NCBI GenBank assembly: GCA_964626665.1
Contig: CAZVGK010000005.1
Span: forward strand, 1-59,968
Direction: 5' to 3'
DNA: 59,968 bases
Origin: an uncultured Gemmatimonadota bacterium
GTDB lineage: Bacteria > SM23-81 > DAOVCL01
Below the pieces are notes generated by a model, which saw nothing but the letters and a program-made list of their open reading frames with translations, did no database searches and was not told the DNA's origin. Position 1 is the stretch's first letter; each line of letters starts with the position of its first letter. Shown piece by piece: positions 19,597 to 29,465 of the stretch. The position numbers were made by a program, and so were the translations under genes.

Positions 19597-19664
19597 CGGA
19601 TGAATCCGCCCCCTACGAAAATCCAATTCGTTGGATTTTTCAGAACTGGAGCGACGGCAGTGGC

Positions 19665-19830
19665 TTAAGGTAACCTCCCGCAGATTCGGAATCTGCGGGA
19701 GGTTTGCGTTGTGGGAAACATCTCCCCTGGGCGGAGCCTCGGGCAAGCCTGATGCCGTTAAAGAGTGTGCTGTCAGGAGTTACCTCCTGACAGCTCTCGA
19801 AAGGTCTGGGGCCTCTCCCACAATTCAAGG
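19665..19830. repeat. Cluster of REP-like palindromes
   Basis: aacctcccgcagatt..aatctgcgggaggtt; gctgtcaggag..ctcctgacagc. Confidence 0.72.
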
Positions 19831-19944
19831 GAGCTGTTGGTGGCTGATTTATAAATCCTGAGGATCTGCGTCCCCTTGACTGTCCAAAAGTGGAGGCCGA
19901 ACTTTTGGCTTGACTTTTGGCCTTTGGGTGGTAACTTTGGGTAA

Positions 19945-20625
19945 ATGAAGATACTGGGTTTGGAGACATCCTCCGATCTGGAAGGGGTAGCCATACTTTC
20001 CGATGGGAGGATTCTGGTTAATTGTCAGCTAAGGGTGCAAACAGGCCACTCCCAGAGGCTCCTCTCCCTGATAGACCGGTCCCTCTCCCAGGCTGGGTTG
20101 GGGCTTAAAGACATCGATTGTCTGGCAGTCTCCCTGGGTCCCGGTTCCTTTACTGGCCTACGCATCGGCCTAGCCACAGCAAAGGGAATCTGTCTGGCCC
20201 AGGAGGTTCCTCTGGTGGGGATTCCCACCCTCGATGGTTTGGCTCATAGCGGATCTTTGAGCTCTTTCCCCATCTGTCCTCTCTTGGATGCCCGCCGGGG
20301 GGAGGTCTACGCCGCCCTTTACCGCCAGGGAAAGGAGAGCCTGGAGAGGAAATCTCCCTGGTTGGTTTTAGGGATAGGGGAATTGGCTGCCCACATCGAG
20401 GAAAGGACGATCTTTTTTGGTGGAGGGGCCAGGGTCTATAAAGAGGAGATAATCGGGGAATTAGGGGAGAAGGCAGTTTTTGCCCCGGAAGGGTGGGATG
20501 AACCCTCACCGGTAAATATAGCCCTGCTGGCCAAGGATAGATTTGAGGTGGGGGGGGAAGCTGATTTGGATAGTATCGAACCGCTATATTTAAGGAGGCC
20601 TCCGGCCAAGCCCCGTAAGGGATAA
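19945..20625 (+). CDS. tsaB: t6A biosynthesis protein TsaB
   Basis: ILGLETS, GPGSFTGLRIG, DARRGEVY, PLYLR. Confidence 0.95.
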   Translation: MKILGLETSSDLEGVAILSDGRILVNCQLRVQTGHSQRLLSLIDRSLSQAGLGLKDIDCLAVSLGPGSFTGLRIGLATAKGICLAQEVPLVGIPTLDGLAHSGSLSSFPICPLLDARRGEVYAALYRQGKESLERKSPWLVLGIGELAAHIEERTIFFGGGARVYKEEIIGELGEKAVFAPEGWDEPSPVNIALLAKDRFEVGGEADLDSIEPLYLRRPPAKPRKG

Positions 20626-20627
20626 GA

Positions 20628-21077
20628 GTGGAAGTCAGGTTGGTTCAGGAGAAGGATTTGCTGGCGGTGGAGGAGATTGAGAGAAGGTCCTTCACCGGAC
20701 CCTGGTCCAAGCTTAGCTTTCAACAGTCCTTCTTTGACCCAGCCTGTCTTTTCCTTGTGGCTGAGGAGAGGGGGGAAATCATTGGTTATGCCATCGGTTG
20801 GGTGGTATTAGAGGAGCTGCATATTGGGAATTTGGCCGTGCACCCTCAAAAAAGGGGAGAGGGAGTAGGGAAAAGGCTTTTAGCGGAGATCGTCAGCCTA
20901 GGGATGGAGAAGGGATGTAAGTTGGTTAGCTTGGAGTTGCGGGGATCCAACCAGGTAGCCTTTAACCTGTATACTCAGGAGGGCTTTAAACCCGTTGGGA
21001 TAAGGAGAGATTACTATCGGCATCCCAAGGAAGATGCCATAGTAATGATTAAGGAGCTGGGGAATGGAATGGTTTAA
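20628..21077 (+). CDS. rimI: Ribosomal protein alanine N-acetyltransferase
   Basis: IERRSF..PWS, NLAVHP..RG.GVG, RRDYY..P.EDA. Confidence 0.9.
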   Translation: MEVRLVQEKDLLAVEEIERRSFTGPWSKLSFQQSFFDPACLFLVAEERGEIIGYAIGWVVLEELHIGNLAVHPQKRGEGVGKRLLAEIVSLGMEKGCKLVSLELRGSNQVAFNLYTQEGFKPVGIRRDYYRHPKEDAIVMIKELGNGMV

Positions 21078-21900
21078 GAAGGTCAGGTTGGGCCTGAAGC
21101 CCCAAAAGAAGAGGGAGATCCCAGATGGGCTCTGGACGAAGTGTAAATCCTGTGGGGAGATTATCTATAAAAAGGAATTGGAGAAGGACTTCTGGGTCTG
21201 TCCCCAATGTGGCTACCACTTCCGCATCTCCAGCCAGAATTATGTCAAGATCCTCTTGGATGAGGGAAGGTTGGAAGAACATGATGCAGATCTCCAACCC
21301 AAGGACCCTCTCAACTTTAAGGACTCGAAGAGGTATCCGGATAGGGTAGAGGCAGCTCAGAAGAAGACAAATCTGAAAGAAGCAGCAGTTACCGGCCTGG
21401 CCCAGATCGAGCGGATTCAGGTGAGCTTTACCATATTGGAGTTTGGCTTCATCGGGGGGAGTATGGGCTCTGTAGTTGGGGAGAAGGTGGCCAGATCCAT
21501 TGAGAGAGCGATCCATCGGAAGCTTCCTCTGGTTATCGTCTCTGCCTCTGGAGGGGCAAGGATGCAGGAGGGCATACTCTCTTTGATGCAGATGGCCAAA
21601 ACCTCTGCCCTTCTCGCCGAGCTGGGTGACCATTCCCTCCCTTACATATCCATTCTTACCAATCCAACCACTGCTGGGGTGATGGCCAGCTTTGCCTCCT
21701 TGGGGGACATCATCATTGCTGAGCCCAAGGCCCTCCTTGGTTTCGCTGGCCCCCGGGTGATCAAACAGACCATCGGTGAGGACCTCCCCCCTGGTTTTCA
21801 GACCTCCGAGTTCTTCTTAGAGCATGGCTTTGTGGATATAGTTGTCCCTCGCCCGCAACTGAAACGGACCATCGCCCTCTGCCTAAAACATCTCCTCTAA
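21064..21900 (+). CDS. accD: Acetyl-CoA carboxylase carboxyltransferase beta subunit
   Basis: GLWTKC..C, GGSMGSVVGEK, SGGARMQEG, GFAGPRVI. Confidence 0.97.
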   Translation: MEWFKKVRLGLKPQKKREIPDGLWTKCKSCGEIIYKKELEKDFWVCPQCGYHFRISSQNYVKILLDEGRLEEHDADLQPKDPLNFKDSKRYPDRVEAAQKKTNLKEAAVTGLAQIERIQVSFTILEFGFIGGSMGSVVGEKVARSIERAIHRKLPLVIVSASGGARMQEGILSLMQMAKTSALLAELGDHSLPYISILTNPTTAGVMASFASLGDIIIAEPKALLGFAGPRVIKQTIGEDLPPGFQTSEFFLEHGFVDIVVPRPQLKRTIALCLKHLL

Positions 21901-22019
21901 GTTCAAAACATAGGAACTTCCTTTTTTAGACAGGATTGACAGGATGATCGGGATGAATAAAAATCATGTAAATCCCGTTCATTCAGTCAAAAATAGTTCC
22001 GTTTAAATGGCTGACGTCA

Positions 22020-23297
22020 TTGGATGATTATCAAACAGCCCTCGATTGGCTTTATGGCCTGCACAGGTTTGGCATCAAGCTGGGCCTCTCCCAAATCTCT
22101 GTCTTCTTAAGAAGGTTAGCCAATCCCCACCACAGGTTCAAATCCATTCATATAGCAGGAACAAATGGCAAGGGCTCCACTGCGGCCATAATTGAGTCCA
22201 TTCTGAGGAAGTCTGGCTATAAGACAGGCCTTTTCACCTCCCCCCATCTGGTGGGCTTTCGGGAGAGGATTAAGGTAGATGGGGAGCTAATTCCCAGGGG
22301 AAGGGTGGCCGAATTCGTTAGGGACCAGAGGGGTTACATTGCGGAGAAGGGGGTAACCTTTTTTGAAGCAGCCACCGCACTGGCCTTTCAGCACTTTGCC
22401 AGGGAACGGGTGAGTATAGCCGTGGTGGAGACGGGGATGGGAGGGAGGCTTGATGCCACAAATGTTCTCTTTCCTGAGGTTTCGGTAATTACTAACATTT
22501 CCCTTGATCATACCCAATACCTTGGTTCTACTCTGGCAAAAATTGCCGGAGAAAAAGCAGCAATTATCAAACGGGGAATTCCCACAATTTGTGGGGTAGG
22601 GAAAGGGGAACCACTGGAAGTGATAGAGAAGAGGTGCAAAGGGCAGAATTGTCCCCTTTCGCTTTTGGGAAGGGAAGCAAGGTGGCAAGCTCAGGAGGTA
22701 TCCTCCCAAGGGAATAAGTTCTCCTTAGAGACCAGGAATCACCGCTATGAGGCTCTGTGGCTCAACCTCTTAGGTAGACACCAGATTATAAATGGGGTCC
22801 TGGCCATTATGACCATAGAGGAGCTGGTCAAGAGGGGTTGGGTGGTTAGCGAGTCCGCAATAAGGGAGGGGATAAAAGGGGTAGATTGGCCAGGGAGGTT
22901 ACAGGTCTGGGAGCAGAATCCCCTTCTCATCCTGGATGTGGCCCATAACCCGGGGGGGACAGAGGTCTTGGTTCAGGCGTTGAGGGAAATATTTCCCGAG
23001 AAGCGGAAGAACATCCTTTTGGGGGTGATGGGGGACAAAGACTATCCACAGATGATTGGGAAATTGGAGGAGGTAGCCGATTTTTTTGTCTTCACCCGAC
23101 CATCAACGGAAAGGGCTGCCTTGCCTCATACCTTGGCCCAGAAGGTGAGGAAAGTAAATTTTCAGATAAGGGAGAATCTACCTCAAGCCATAGGCTGGGC
23201 CTTAAACTCCCTTCCATCAGATGGGCTCCTCTGTGTGACCGGTTCCCACTACACGGTGGGGGAGGCGCTTGTTTATCTGATGGCTGGTAATTTCTAA
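22020..23297 (+). CDS. folC: Folylpolyglutamate/dihydrofolate synthase
   Basis: HIAGTNGKGS, FTSPHL, GGRLDATNV, WPGR, DVAHNP. Confidence 0.95.
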   Translation: MDDYQTALDWLYGLHRFGIKLGLSQISVFLRRLANPHHRFKSIHIAGTNGKGSTAAIIESILRKSGYKTGLFTSPHLVGFRERIKVDGELIPRGRVAEFVRDQRGYIAEKGVTFFEAATALAFQHFARERVSIAVVETGMGGRLDATNVLFPEVSVITNISLDHTQYLGSTLAKIAGEKAAIIKRGIPTICGVGKGEPLEVIEKRCKGQNCPLSLLGREARWQAQEVSSQGNKFSLETRNHRYEALWLNLLGRHQIINGVLAIMTIEELVKRGWVVSESAIREGIKGVDWPGRLQVWEQNPLLILDVAHNPGGTEVLVQALREIFPEKRKNILLGVMGDKDYPQMIGKLEEVADFFVFTRPSTERAALPHTLAQKVRKVNFQIRENLPQAIGWALNSLPSDGLLCVTGSHYTVGEALVYLMAGNF

Positions 23298-23591
23298 AAA
23301 ATTCGAGACCCAGAGGTAGTGAGGGTTTTGAAAATTGTTCTGAAACAAGTATGAAACTTCGGGTTCGATAAATCGAACCCCTACAAAGGCTTGAGATGTA
23401 AGGGTCGGATTTATCCGACTCGAACAGAGCGAAAATTGGGGGGGAAAGCAAAAATTGTAGGCTGGAATCCGTTGTGACACTGTTTGAAGAGGATAAACCC
23501 CCTTCAAGGGTGACAGCGGAGCAATCCAAGTCCCGATGCACATCGGGAAGGGTCGGTGAGGCCCTGGGAGAACTTTGCGAGTGAAAGCGAG

Positions 23592-24455
23592 CTAAGTTCG
23601 GAGGGGATATTCATAGACAAGGACATATTTAAACCCAGATTCGGGTTTGAACCCCCCTTCAGCGAAGTTTTCCTCCTTATAGCTTTCGGGGAGGAAACAG
23701 GAGAGCTCCTTGAATCCTCCCTGGAAAGCGACAAGGTTTATCTCCTCCAATAGAATGAGAACCTTCCCTTTGGAGGGGGAGAAGAAGATGATCTCGGAGC
23801 TATTTTGCGGATCATAGCGATGGGGCTGGAGGATAAATACCCCACCCTTCCCTTTCCATACCCTCCCTGAGGAGGCAAACTCTCGTATCTTCTCCTCCCT
23901 TGCCTGGTAGAATACCCAATTGCCGGGGAGAAGCCCGTGGGAGAAGCGGAGGAACTCAGATGTTTTGACCAAATCCCAAACTTCTCGGACAGAGGTAAGG
24001 GTTTTGGGGAAAGGGAGTCCCTCTGGTTTTCTCACCTTGGTTAGTAAACGGGCATAGGTGGAAAGCAAGCGGAAACCCATTCGTTCAATTATTTTGATGC
24101 TGGTCCGGTTAATCTCCCCTGTGGAAAGTCCCAAGGAATAAGGCCTTCGGGAGAGGGCTTCCTCCAACTGGAACTTGGCCAATCTCTCGCCAATCCCTTG
24201 ATGGCGATATTCCTCCCCAACCCGCAATCCCTCTAACCAGAGTTCCCCGGAGGAGAGGGTTGTTGTTTTGGTCATTCCCACGATCCTTCCCGCGGCCTCG
24301 GCTACAAAAAGCCCCCCCTCTTTTAGCCAATTGTCTAAGAGCAGGGGGACATAGTCCCATCCTTCCCAGGTGTGGGAGGCAATCCTCAGTATCTCCTCCT
24401 TGTCTTGCTGGTGGGCCTCCCGGAATCTCACCATCACAGGCTCTTTCTTTTCCAT
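23592..24455 (-). CDS. GNAT-family acetyltransferase
   Basis: WEGWDY, WLEGLRV..YRHQGIG. Confidence 0.8.
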   Translation of the reverse strand: MEKKEPVMVRFREAHQQDKEEILRIASHTWEGWDYVPLLLDNWLKEGGLFVAEAAGRIVGMTKTTTLSSGELWLEGLRVGEEYRHQGIGERLAKFQLEEALSRRPYSLGLSTGEINRTSIKIIERMGFRLLSTYARLLTKVRKPEGLPFPKTLTSVREVWDLVKTSEFLRFSHGLLPGNWVFYQAREEKIREFASSGRVWKGKGGVFILQPHRYDPQNSSEIIFFSPSKGKVLILLEEINLVAFQGGFKELSCFLPESYKEENFAEGGFKPESGFKYVLVYEYPLRT

Positions 24456-25777
24456 TTTCCTCCTCGATAAAATGCCCCTAAGCTAATGGCCTCCACCAGG
24501 ACAGAGAAGCCAATGGCTAACCAAACCCCTTCTATTCCCCAATTCAATTGCTTAGCCGCCAGGAAGGCAAGGGGAATCTTTATCGCCCAGTTGGAGACCA
24601 GAGCAGCAATCATTGGCGGGGCGGTTTTCCCTGCCCCTCGCTGGGCCCCACCCCAGGCAATAGTATAGGGCATAGCTAAAAGGGAGAGGGAAATTATCCG
24701 CAGATATGAGGTCCCCATTCGTACCACATCCGGGTTGGAGTTAAAGGCATACATCATCTGTGGTGCTCCCAGGAAGTAGAGGGTGGTAACCAATGCCTGC
24801 AGCAGCAGGCTGATGCCCACAACCTTCTTGACGACATCTTCGGCCCTATCCGGCCTTTCCGCCCCTAAGTTCTGACCCACCAAGGTCTGCACCGCAGTTC
24901 CTAAGCCCAAGAGGTAGATGAAGGGGATGCCTATTACCCTCACGCCAATGCCTAAAGCAGCTATTTCGGCCGTGCCAAAGAAGGCAGCTATCCGAAACAT
25001 CACCATTCCAGTCAGGGGCCTGGTCACTGCAGCGATGCTGGCCGGAAATCCTATACCCAGTATCTTGCCCAAGAGGGAAAAATGCAAATGGGGAAATCTC
25101 AGAAGAAGAACCTGCTTCTTGATTAGAAACCTCAGGTTGAGGGCCGCGCTTAAGATTAAGGAGAGGAGAGTAGCTACCCCTGCCCCGGAGACCCCCCAGC
25201 GGGGAAAACCTAACCAGCCAAAGATGAAAAGGGGATCAAGGGCCATATTCGTCAGGCCGGTGAGGAGGTTTATCTTCATCGGTGTCTTTGTATTTCCTAA
25301 GCCATAGAGAGTGGTGGAAGCCACAAGCCCCAAATAGAGGAAGGGAACGGCCACCAGGAGCAGCCTGAGATAGGGGAGGCCGAACCCCACCACTATCTCC
25401 CCGGCCCCCAACCCTGCAAGGAGGGAGGAACTCCAGCCAAGGCCCGCTGCCAGGATAGGCAAAGCCACCAGCAAGGCCAAAATTAGGGAGTGATCAAGGG
25501 CAATGCTTATCTTCTCCCTCTTGCCCGCTCCCGCATACCTGGCGATTATGGCTAAGGTCCCCGCAGAGATGACTTGGCCAAAGGAAGTAATCACGGCGAA
25601 TAGGGCGCTGGAGAGCGCTGCTCCGGCCACCTGAGAAGCTCCCAACTTACCGATCCAGAAGATATCCACCAGGGTGAGAATAGTAGTGGAGATGGTGCTA
25701 ATCATTACCGGCCAGCCTACCCCCCAGATGTTTAAGATGGTTGGCCTCTCCAGGTCTATGTAACCTACCCTTTCCAT
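24434..25777 (-). CDS. MATE-family efflux transporter
   Basis: VD..WIGKLG, G.T.TPM, LDPLFIFG..GFP.WGVSGAGVAT, VGQNLGA. Confidence 0.92.
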   Translation of the reverse strand: MERVGYIDLERPTILNIWGVGWPVMISTISTTILTLVDIFWIGKLGASQVAGAALSSALFAVITSFGQVISAGTLAIIARYAGAGKREKISIALDHSLILALLVALPILAAGLGWSSSLLAGLGAGEIVVGFGLPYLRLLLVAVPFLYLGLVASTTLYGLGNTKTPMKINLLTGLTNMALDPLFIFGWLGFPRWGVSGAGVATLLSLILSAALNLRFLIKKQVLLLRFPHLHFSLLGKILGIGFPASIAAVTRPLTGMVMFRIAAFFGTAEIAALGIGVRVIGIPFIYLLGLGTAVQTLVGQNLGAERPDRAEDVVKKVVGISLLLQALVTTLYFLGAPQMMYAFNSNPDVVRMGTSYLRIISLSLLAMPYTIAWGGAQRGAGKTAPPMIAALVSNWAIKIPLAFLAAKQLNWGIEGVWLAIGFSVLVEAISLGAFYRGGKWKRKSL

Positions 25778-25859
25778 CTCCGCAAGATAACCCCCTTTCC
25801 CCTCTCAGTCAAGTGGGGAAGTGGGCTTTAGGAAAGCGGGTCGGGAAAGCCGAGTGGAA

Positions 25860-26092
25860 ACCGCAGATTCACGCAGATGGACGCGGATTTCTACCGCACT
25901 TTAGTGCGGGTTAAGGGCCTTTTGCCCCCTTGGATTGGTTGCCCCATCCAGCAAGCCGTCAGAACTCCGTGCTGACGGCGGAGGGTAAAGTGGTAGATAG
26001 TATAAACCTCCCGCAGGTTCGGAACCTGCGGGAGGTTACAGGAGCCGGAAAGCGGAATAGAAAAGGTGGCAGAATCGGGATTTTGCTACCTC
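25860..26092. repeat. Cluster of REP-like palindromes
   Basis: ccgcactttagtgcgg, gccgtcag..ctgacggc, aacctcccgcagg..cctgcgggaggtt, ggtggcagaatc. Confidence 0.72.
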
Positions 26093-29000
26093 AGGGTTGT
26101 GGTTTCCCCAATTTTTGCCCTGTATTGCCCCTACTCCTTGTGGATGTTATCATCCACAAGGGATGGATCTGGACGCTCCGTTTTTGCCCTGTATTCCCAT
26201 ATCCCATCCTTCTTATCCTCTGGGCAACAAGGGTGATGGTGCCCCACTCCTCCTTTACCCTTCCCTCCACTATGTAAGGCCCCGCATCGATGATGGAAGG
26301 GGCATAGAGCTGATACTGGTTGGGAAAGAGGACAACCTCGAAGCAACCACTGGTGTCCTCCATAGAGAGGTATTTCATCGGCCTTCCCCTCTTGGTGGTG
26401 ATCCGCTTGGCCGAGATGACCCACCCTACCATCCTCACCATTTGATTTACCCTCTTCCCCAACTGGGAGGCGCTGGTTAATCCTGGAGGGTGTTCCCTTA
26501 GAAGTTCGAGGGGGTGGGCGCTGACCATATAGCCGAAGGTCTCCAGCTCAATCTGACACAGCCTGGTCAAGGGGTATTCGGGGAGATGGGGGAGCCTTTC
26601 CCTTATTCGTTGAGGGGGTGCCTTCCCTGCCCTCAGTCTGGAGAAGGAGAGGAGGAGCTCCCAGAGGAGCTCTGGCTTGGTGGAGCCGAACCCATTCAGA
26701 GCCCCACATTTGATCAAGGTCTCCAGCTCTGTTAGGCCAAGCGTAGTCCTCCCTATCAGGTCGCTAAGGGAGGAGAATGGCCTGACTTCCCTGGCCTCCA
26801 GTAGGGATTTAGCCGACCCTTGGCTCAGGCCCTTTATGGCCCTCAGGCCTATCCTGAGCCAGTCTCCCCTTCCGGTATAGTCTATTTCGCTGCGGTTTAC
26901 ATCCGGAAGCAGGACATTTAATCCCATTCGCTTGGCCTCCTGGATGTAGGCCCCCGGGGAGTAGAAACCACCCCCATTGGAGAGGACGGCGGCTATAAAC
27001 TGGGCGGGATAATGGGCCTTGAGCCAGGCCACCCGAAAGGAGAGCTGGGCAAAGGAGGCGCTGTGTGCCTTGCAGAAGGCATAGCCGGCAAAGCTCTTTA
27101 TCTGTTCCCAGATCCTTTCGGCTACCTGCGGGTCTAAACCCTGATGCTGACAACTGCGCAAGAACTTCCCTTTAACCTCCTTCATCGCCTCTGGGGAGCG
27201 GAGTTTCCCGCTTATCGCCCGCCGCAGGAGGTCCGCTTCCCCTAAGCTCATCCCTGCAAGCTCGTGGGCCACCTTAAGCACATCCTCCTGATAGACCATC
27301 ACCCCATAGGTCTCCCCCAGGAGCTCCTTTAGCTTGGGATGGAGGTAGGTGATTTGTTCCGGGTTGTGGTGCCTGCGGATATACTCGGCCATCATCCCAC
27401 TCTCGGCCACCCCAGGGCGAATGATGGAACTGGCTGCGGTGAGTCCCTCGAAGCTCTCTACCCTGAGCTTCTGCAAAAGCTGGCGCATCCCCGGAGATTC
27501 TATATAGAAGCAGCCCATAGTCTTGCCTTCCCTGATTAACCTCCGGGTGGGCTCATCCTTGAGGACTACTTTTAGATCATTGACCGGGGGTGGGCTCCCC
27601 TCCTGCCCCTTTACCTCCTCCACCGTGTCCTTAAACACCCCCAAGGAACGTTGGCTCAAGAGGTCGAGCTTCAAAAGGCCCATATCCTCCACGGAGAACA
27701 TATCGTATTGGGTGATCACCAAACCCTTGGGGGCCCTTTCCAGGGGAAGGTAGTCGGTGAGGGGGGAGGGGGAGATGACTATTCCCCCACAATGGATGGA
27801 GAGATGGCGGGGGAACCCCCTTATCCTCTCCGCCAGGGAAGCTATGCGGCGAAATCCCCCGCTCTCCCAGGGGAGATTTTTGCATTCAGGGGATTTCTCC
27901 TTCAAGTGGGAGAGCCTTTCCTCCCCCCAGGAGGGGATACGGGAGGAGAAGGGGGTTATCTCCCCATCGCTTAGGCCAAATGCCTTGGCCACCTCCCTAA
28001 AGGCGGCCTTTGGCTTTAGCCGGGAGAAGGTGGAGATCATCGCCACTCGAGAGGCACTGTATTTAGCATATACATAGGCCAGCATCTGATCCCGCTCCTT
28101 CCAACTGAAGTCCAAGTCTATATCCGGAGGGGAACTCCTCTGGGGGTTGAGGAACCTCTCAAAGTAGAGGTTGTGCTTCAGGGGGCAGACATCGGTCAAC
28201 TCCAGGCAGTAGGAGACCAAGCTGTCTGCCGCAGAGCCTCGGCCAAGGTAACGGATACCCCGCCTTTTGGCCTCCTGGGTTATATCCCAGGTAATGAGAA
28301 AATAGGGGCTCAGGTTCAGCCTTCTGATAATCTTTAGCTCATATCTTAACCTCTCCTCGGCCTCTGGTGATGGAGGATGGTATCTTCTCCTTAGCCCTTC
28401 CCAGGCCAGCATAGAGAGGTAGTTGGGGGGATCCTCGCCCGAGGGAAGGGGGAAGGTGGGGTATTTCCACTCCCCTAACTTGAGGTCAACTTGGCAGCCC
28501 TCTGCTATGCGCTCCGCATTCTTCAATGCTTGGGGGACCTCCCGGAAGAGCTCCCTCATCTGGTGAGCGGATTTCAGGTAACATTCAGGGCTGACCAGAT
28601 GGTCTACGGTGGCTATGGTCTTCCTCTCCCCAATGGCCCTGACTAGCCGGTGGATGAGGTGGTCTTGGGGGGAGAGGAAGTGGACATCGTTGGTGGCCAC
28701 TAAGGGGATGCCCAATCGGGTAGCCAGGTTATAGACCCTCTGGGAGTGCGCCCTGCTTTTGGTCTCCCCGGTGATGATTAGCTCGGCAAAGAGGTTCTCC
28801 CTGTGCCGCGGGGAGAGTTCCTGCAGAAGGTTTAGGGAGGAAGTGAGGATGATTATCCCCTCAAGGGCTTCCCCCAAGGCCTGGGGGAGGGAGAACTTTG
28901 GATCCAGTCTCCTTTTGCTAATCAGCCCACAGATTTGGGTATATCCCTCCCTGTCCCTGGCTAAGAGCACCACCCGCTGTCCATCTGGGTCAGCAAGCTC

Positions 29001-29192
29001 CGTCCCCAGGATGGGCTTTATCCCCATGCGGGTGGCCAGTTTGTAGAACTCCACCAGTCCATAGCCACCGTTTCTATCGGTGAGGGCCAGGGCCTTCATC
29101 CCTAACTTCTTTGCCCCTTCCAAGAGCTGGGGGATGGTTGCTGCCCCTTGTAGGAAGGAGTAGCCGCTATGGGTGTGCAGATGAACGAACAT
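26091..29192 (-). CDS. dnaE2: DNA polymerase III alpha subunit, error-prone DnaE2 type
   Basis: HLHTHS.YSFL, GRGSAA, PPDIDLDF, PRHLSIHCGG, YAFCKAHSASF; downstream of lexA and a Y-family polymerase. Confidence 0.88.
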   Translation of the reverse strand: MFVHLHTHSGYSFLQGAATIPQLLEGAKKLGMKALALTDRNGGYGLVEFYKLATRMGIKPILGTELADPDGQRVVLLARDREGYTQICGLISKRRLDPKFSLPQALGEALEGIIILTSSLNLLQELSPRHRENLFAELIITGETKSRAHSQRVYNLATRLGIPLVATNDVHFLSPQDHLIHRLVRAIGERKTIATVDHLVSPECYLKSAHQMRELFREVPQALKNAERIAEGCQVDLKLGEWKYPTFPLPSGEDPPNYLSMLAWEGLRRRYHPPSPEAEERLRYELKIIRRLNLSPYFLITWDITQEAKRRGIRYLGRGSAADSLVSYCLELTDVCPLKHNLYFERFLNPQRSSPPDIDLDFSWKERDQMLAYVYAKYSASRVAMISTFSRLKPKAAFREVAKAFGLSDGEITPFSSRIPSWGEERLSHLKEKSPECKNLPWESGGFRRIASLAERIRGFPRHLSIHCGGIVISPSPLTDYLPLERAPKGLVITQYDMFSVEDMGLLKLDLLSQRSLGVFKDTVEEVKGQEGSPPPVNDLKVVLKDEPTRRLIREGKTMGCFYIESPGMRQLLQKLRVESFEGLTAASSIIRPGVAESGMMAEYIRRHHNPEQITYLHPKLKELLGETYGVMVYQEDVLKVAHELAGMSLGEADLLRRAISGKLRSPEAMKEVKGKFLRSCQHQGLDPQVAERIWEQIKSFAGYAFCKAHSASFAQLSFRVAWLKAHYPAQFIAAVLSNGGGFYSPGAYIQEAKRMGLNVLLPDVNRSEIDYTGRGDWLRIGLRAIKGLSQGSAKSLLEAREVRPFSSLSDLIGRTTLGLTELETLIKCGALNGFGSTKPELLWELLLSFSRLRAGKAPPQRIRERLPHLPEYPLTRLCQIELETFGYMVSAHPLELLREHPPGLTSASQLGKRVNQMVRMVGWVISAKRITTKRGRPMKYLSMEDTSGCFEVVLFPNQYQLYAPSIIDAGPYIVEGRVKEEWGTITLVAQRIRRMGYGNTGQKRSVQIHPLWMITSTRSRGNTGQKLGKPQP

Positions 29193-29279
29193 AGCCTTTA
29201 AGTTGACAGCTGTCAGGGATCTGTTTTCAGAGGCCAGGATGAAATTAAGGTAGGGCTCTGGCCTCTACAGTCCATCCTG

Positions 29280-29462
29280 ACTGGGAGGTCCCAAAAATCT
29301 CCTTCCCCTTGATGGGGGAGGACTAAGGAGAGGGTGAAAATTAAGTTCCCCAGTGGGTAACCTCCCGCAGGTTGTGAACCTGCGGGAGGTTCTTCTCCAT
29401 AAGGTGGCAGAATCGGGGTTCTGCCACCTTGCTGACAACCGACAACTGACCTCTGACAACTG
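29280..29462. repeat. REP-like palindromes plus a 7-nt periodic tract
   Basis: aacctcccgcagg..cctgcgggaggtt; ggtggcagaa..ttctgccacc; ctgacaa-ccgacaa-ctgacct-ctgacaa. Confidence 0.68.
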
Positions 29463-29465
29463 TTA

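Larger units (their letters stand above)
12760..19600 (+). mobile_element. Decayed integron with gene-cassette array
   Basis: intI pseudogene, attI-like sites, and successive cassettes with matching GTT.../...AAC ends. Confidence 0.88.
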
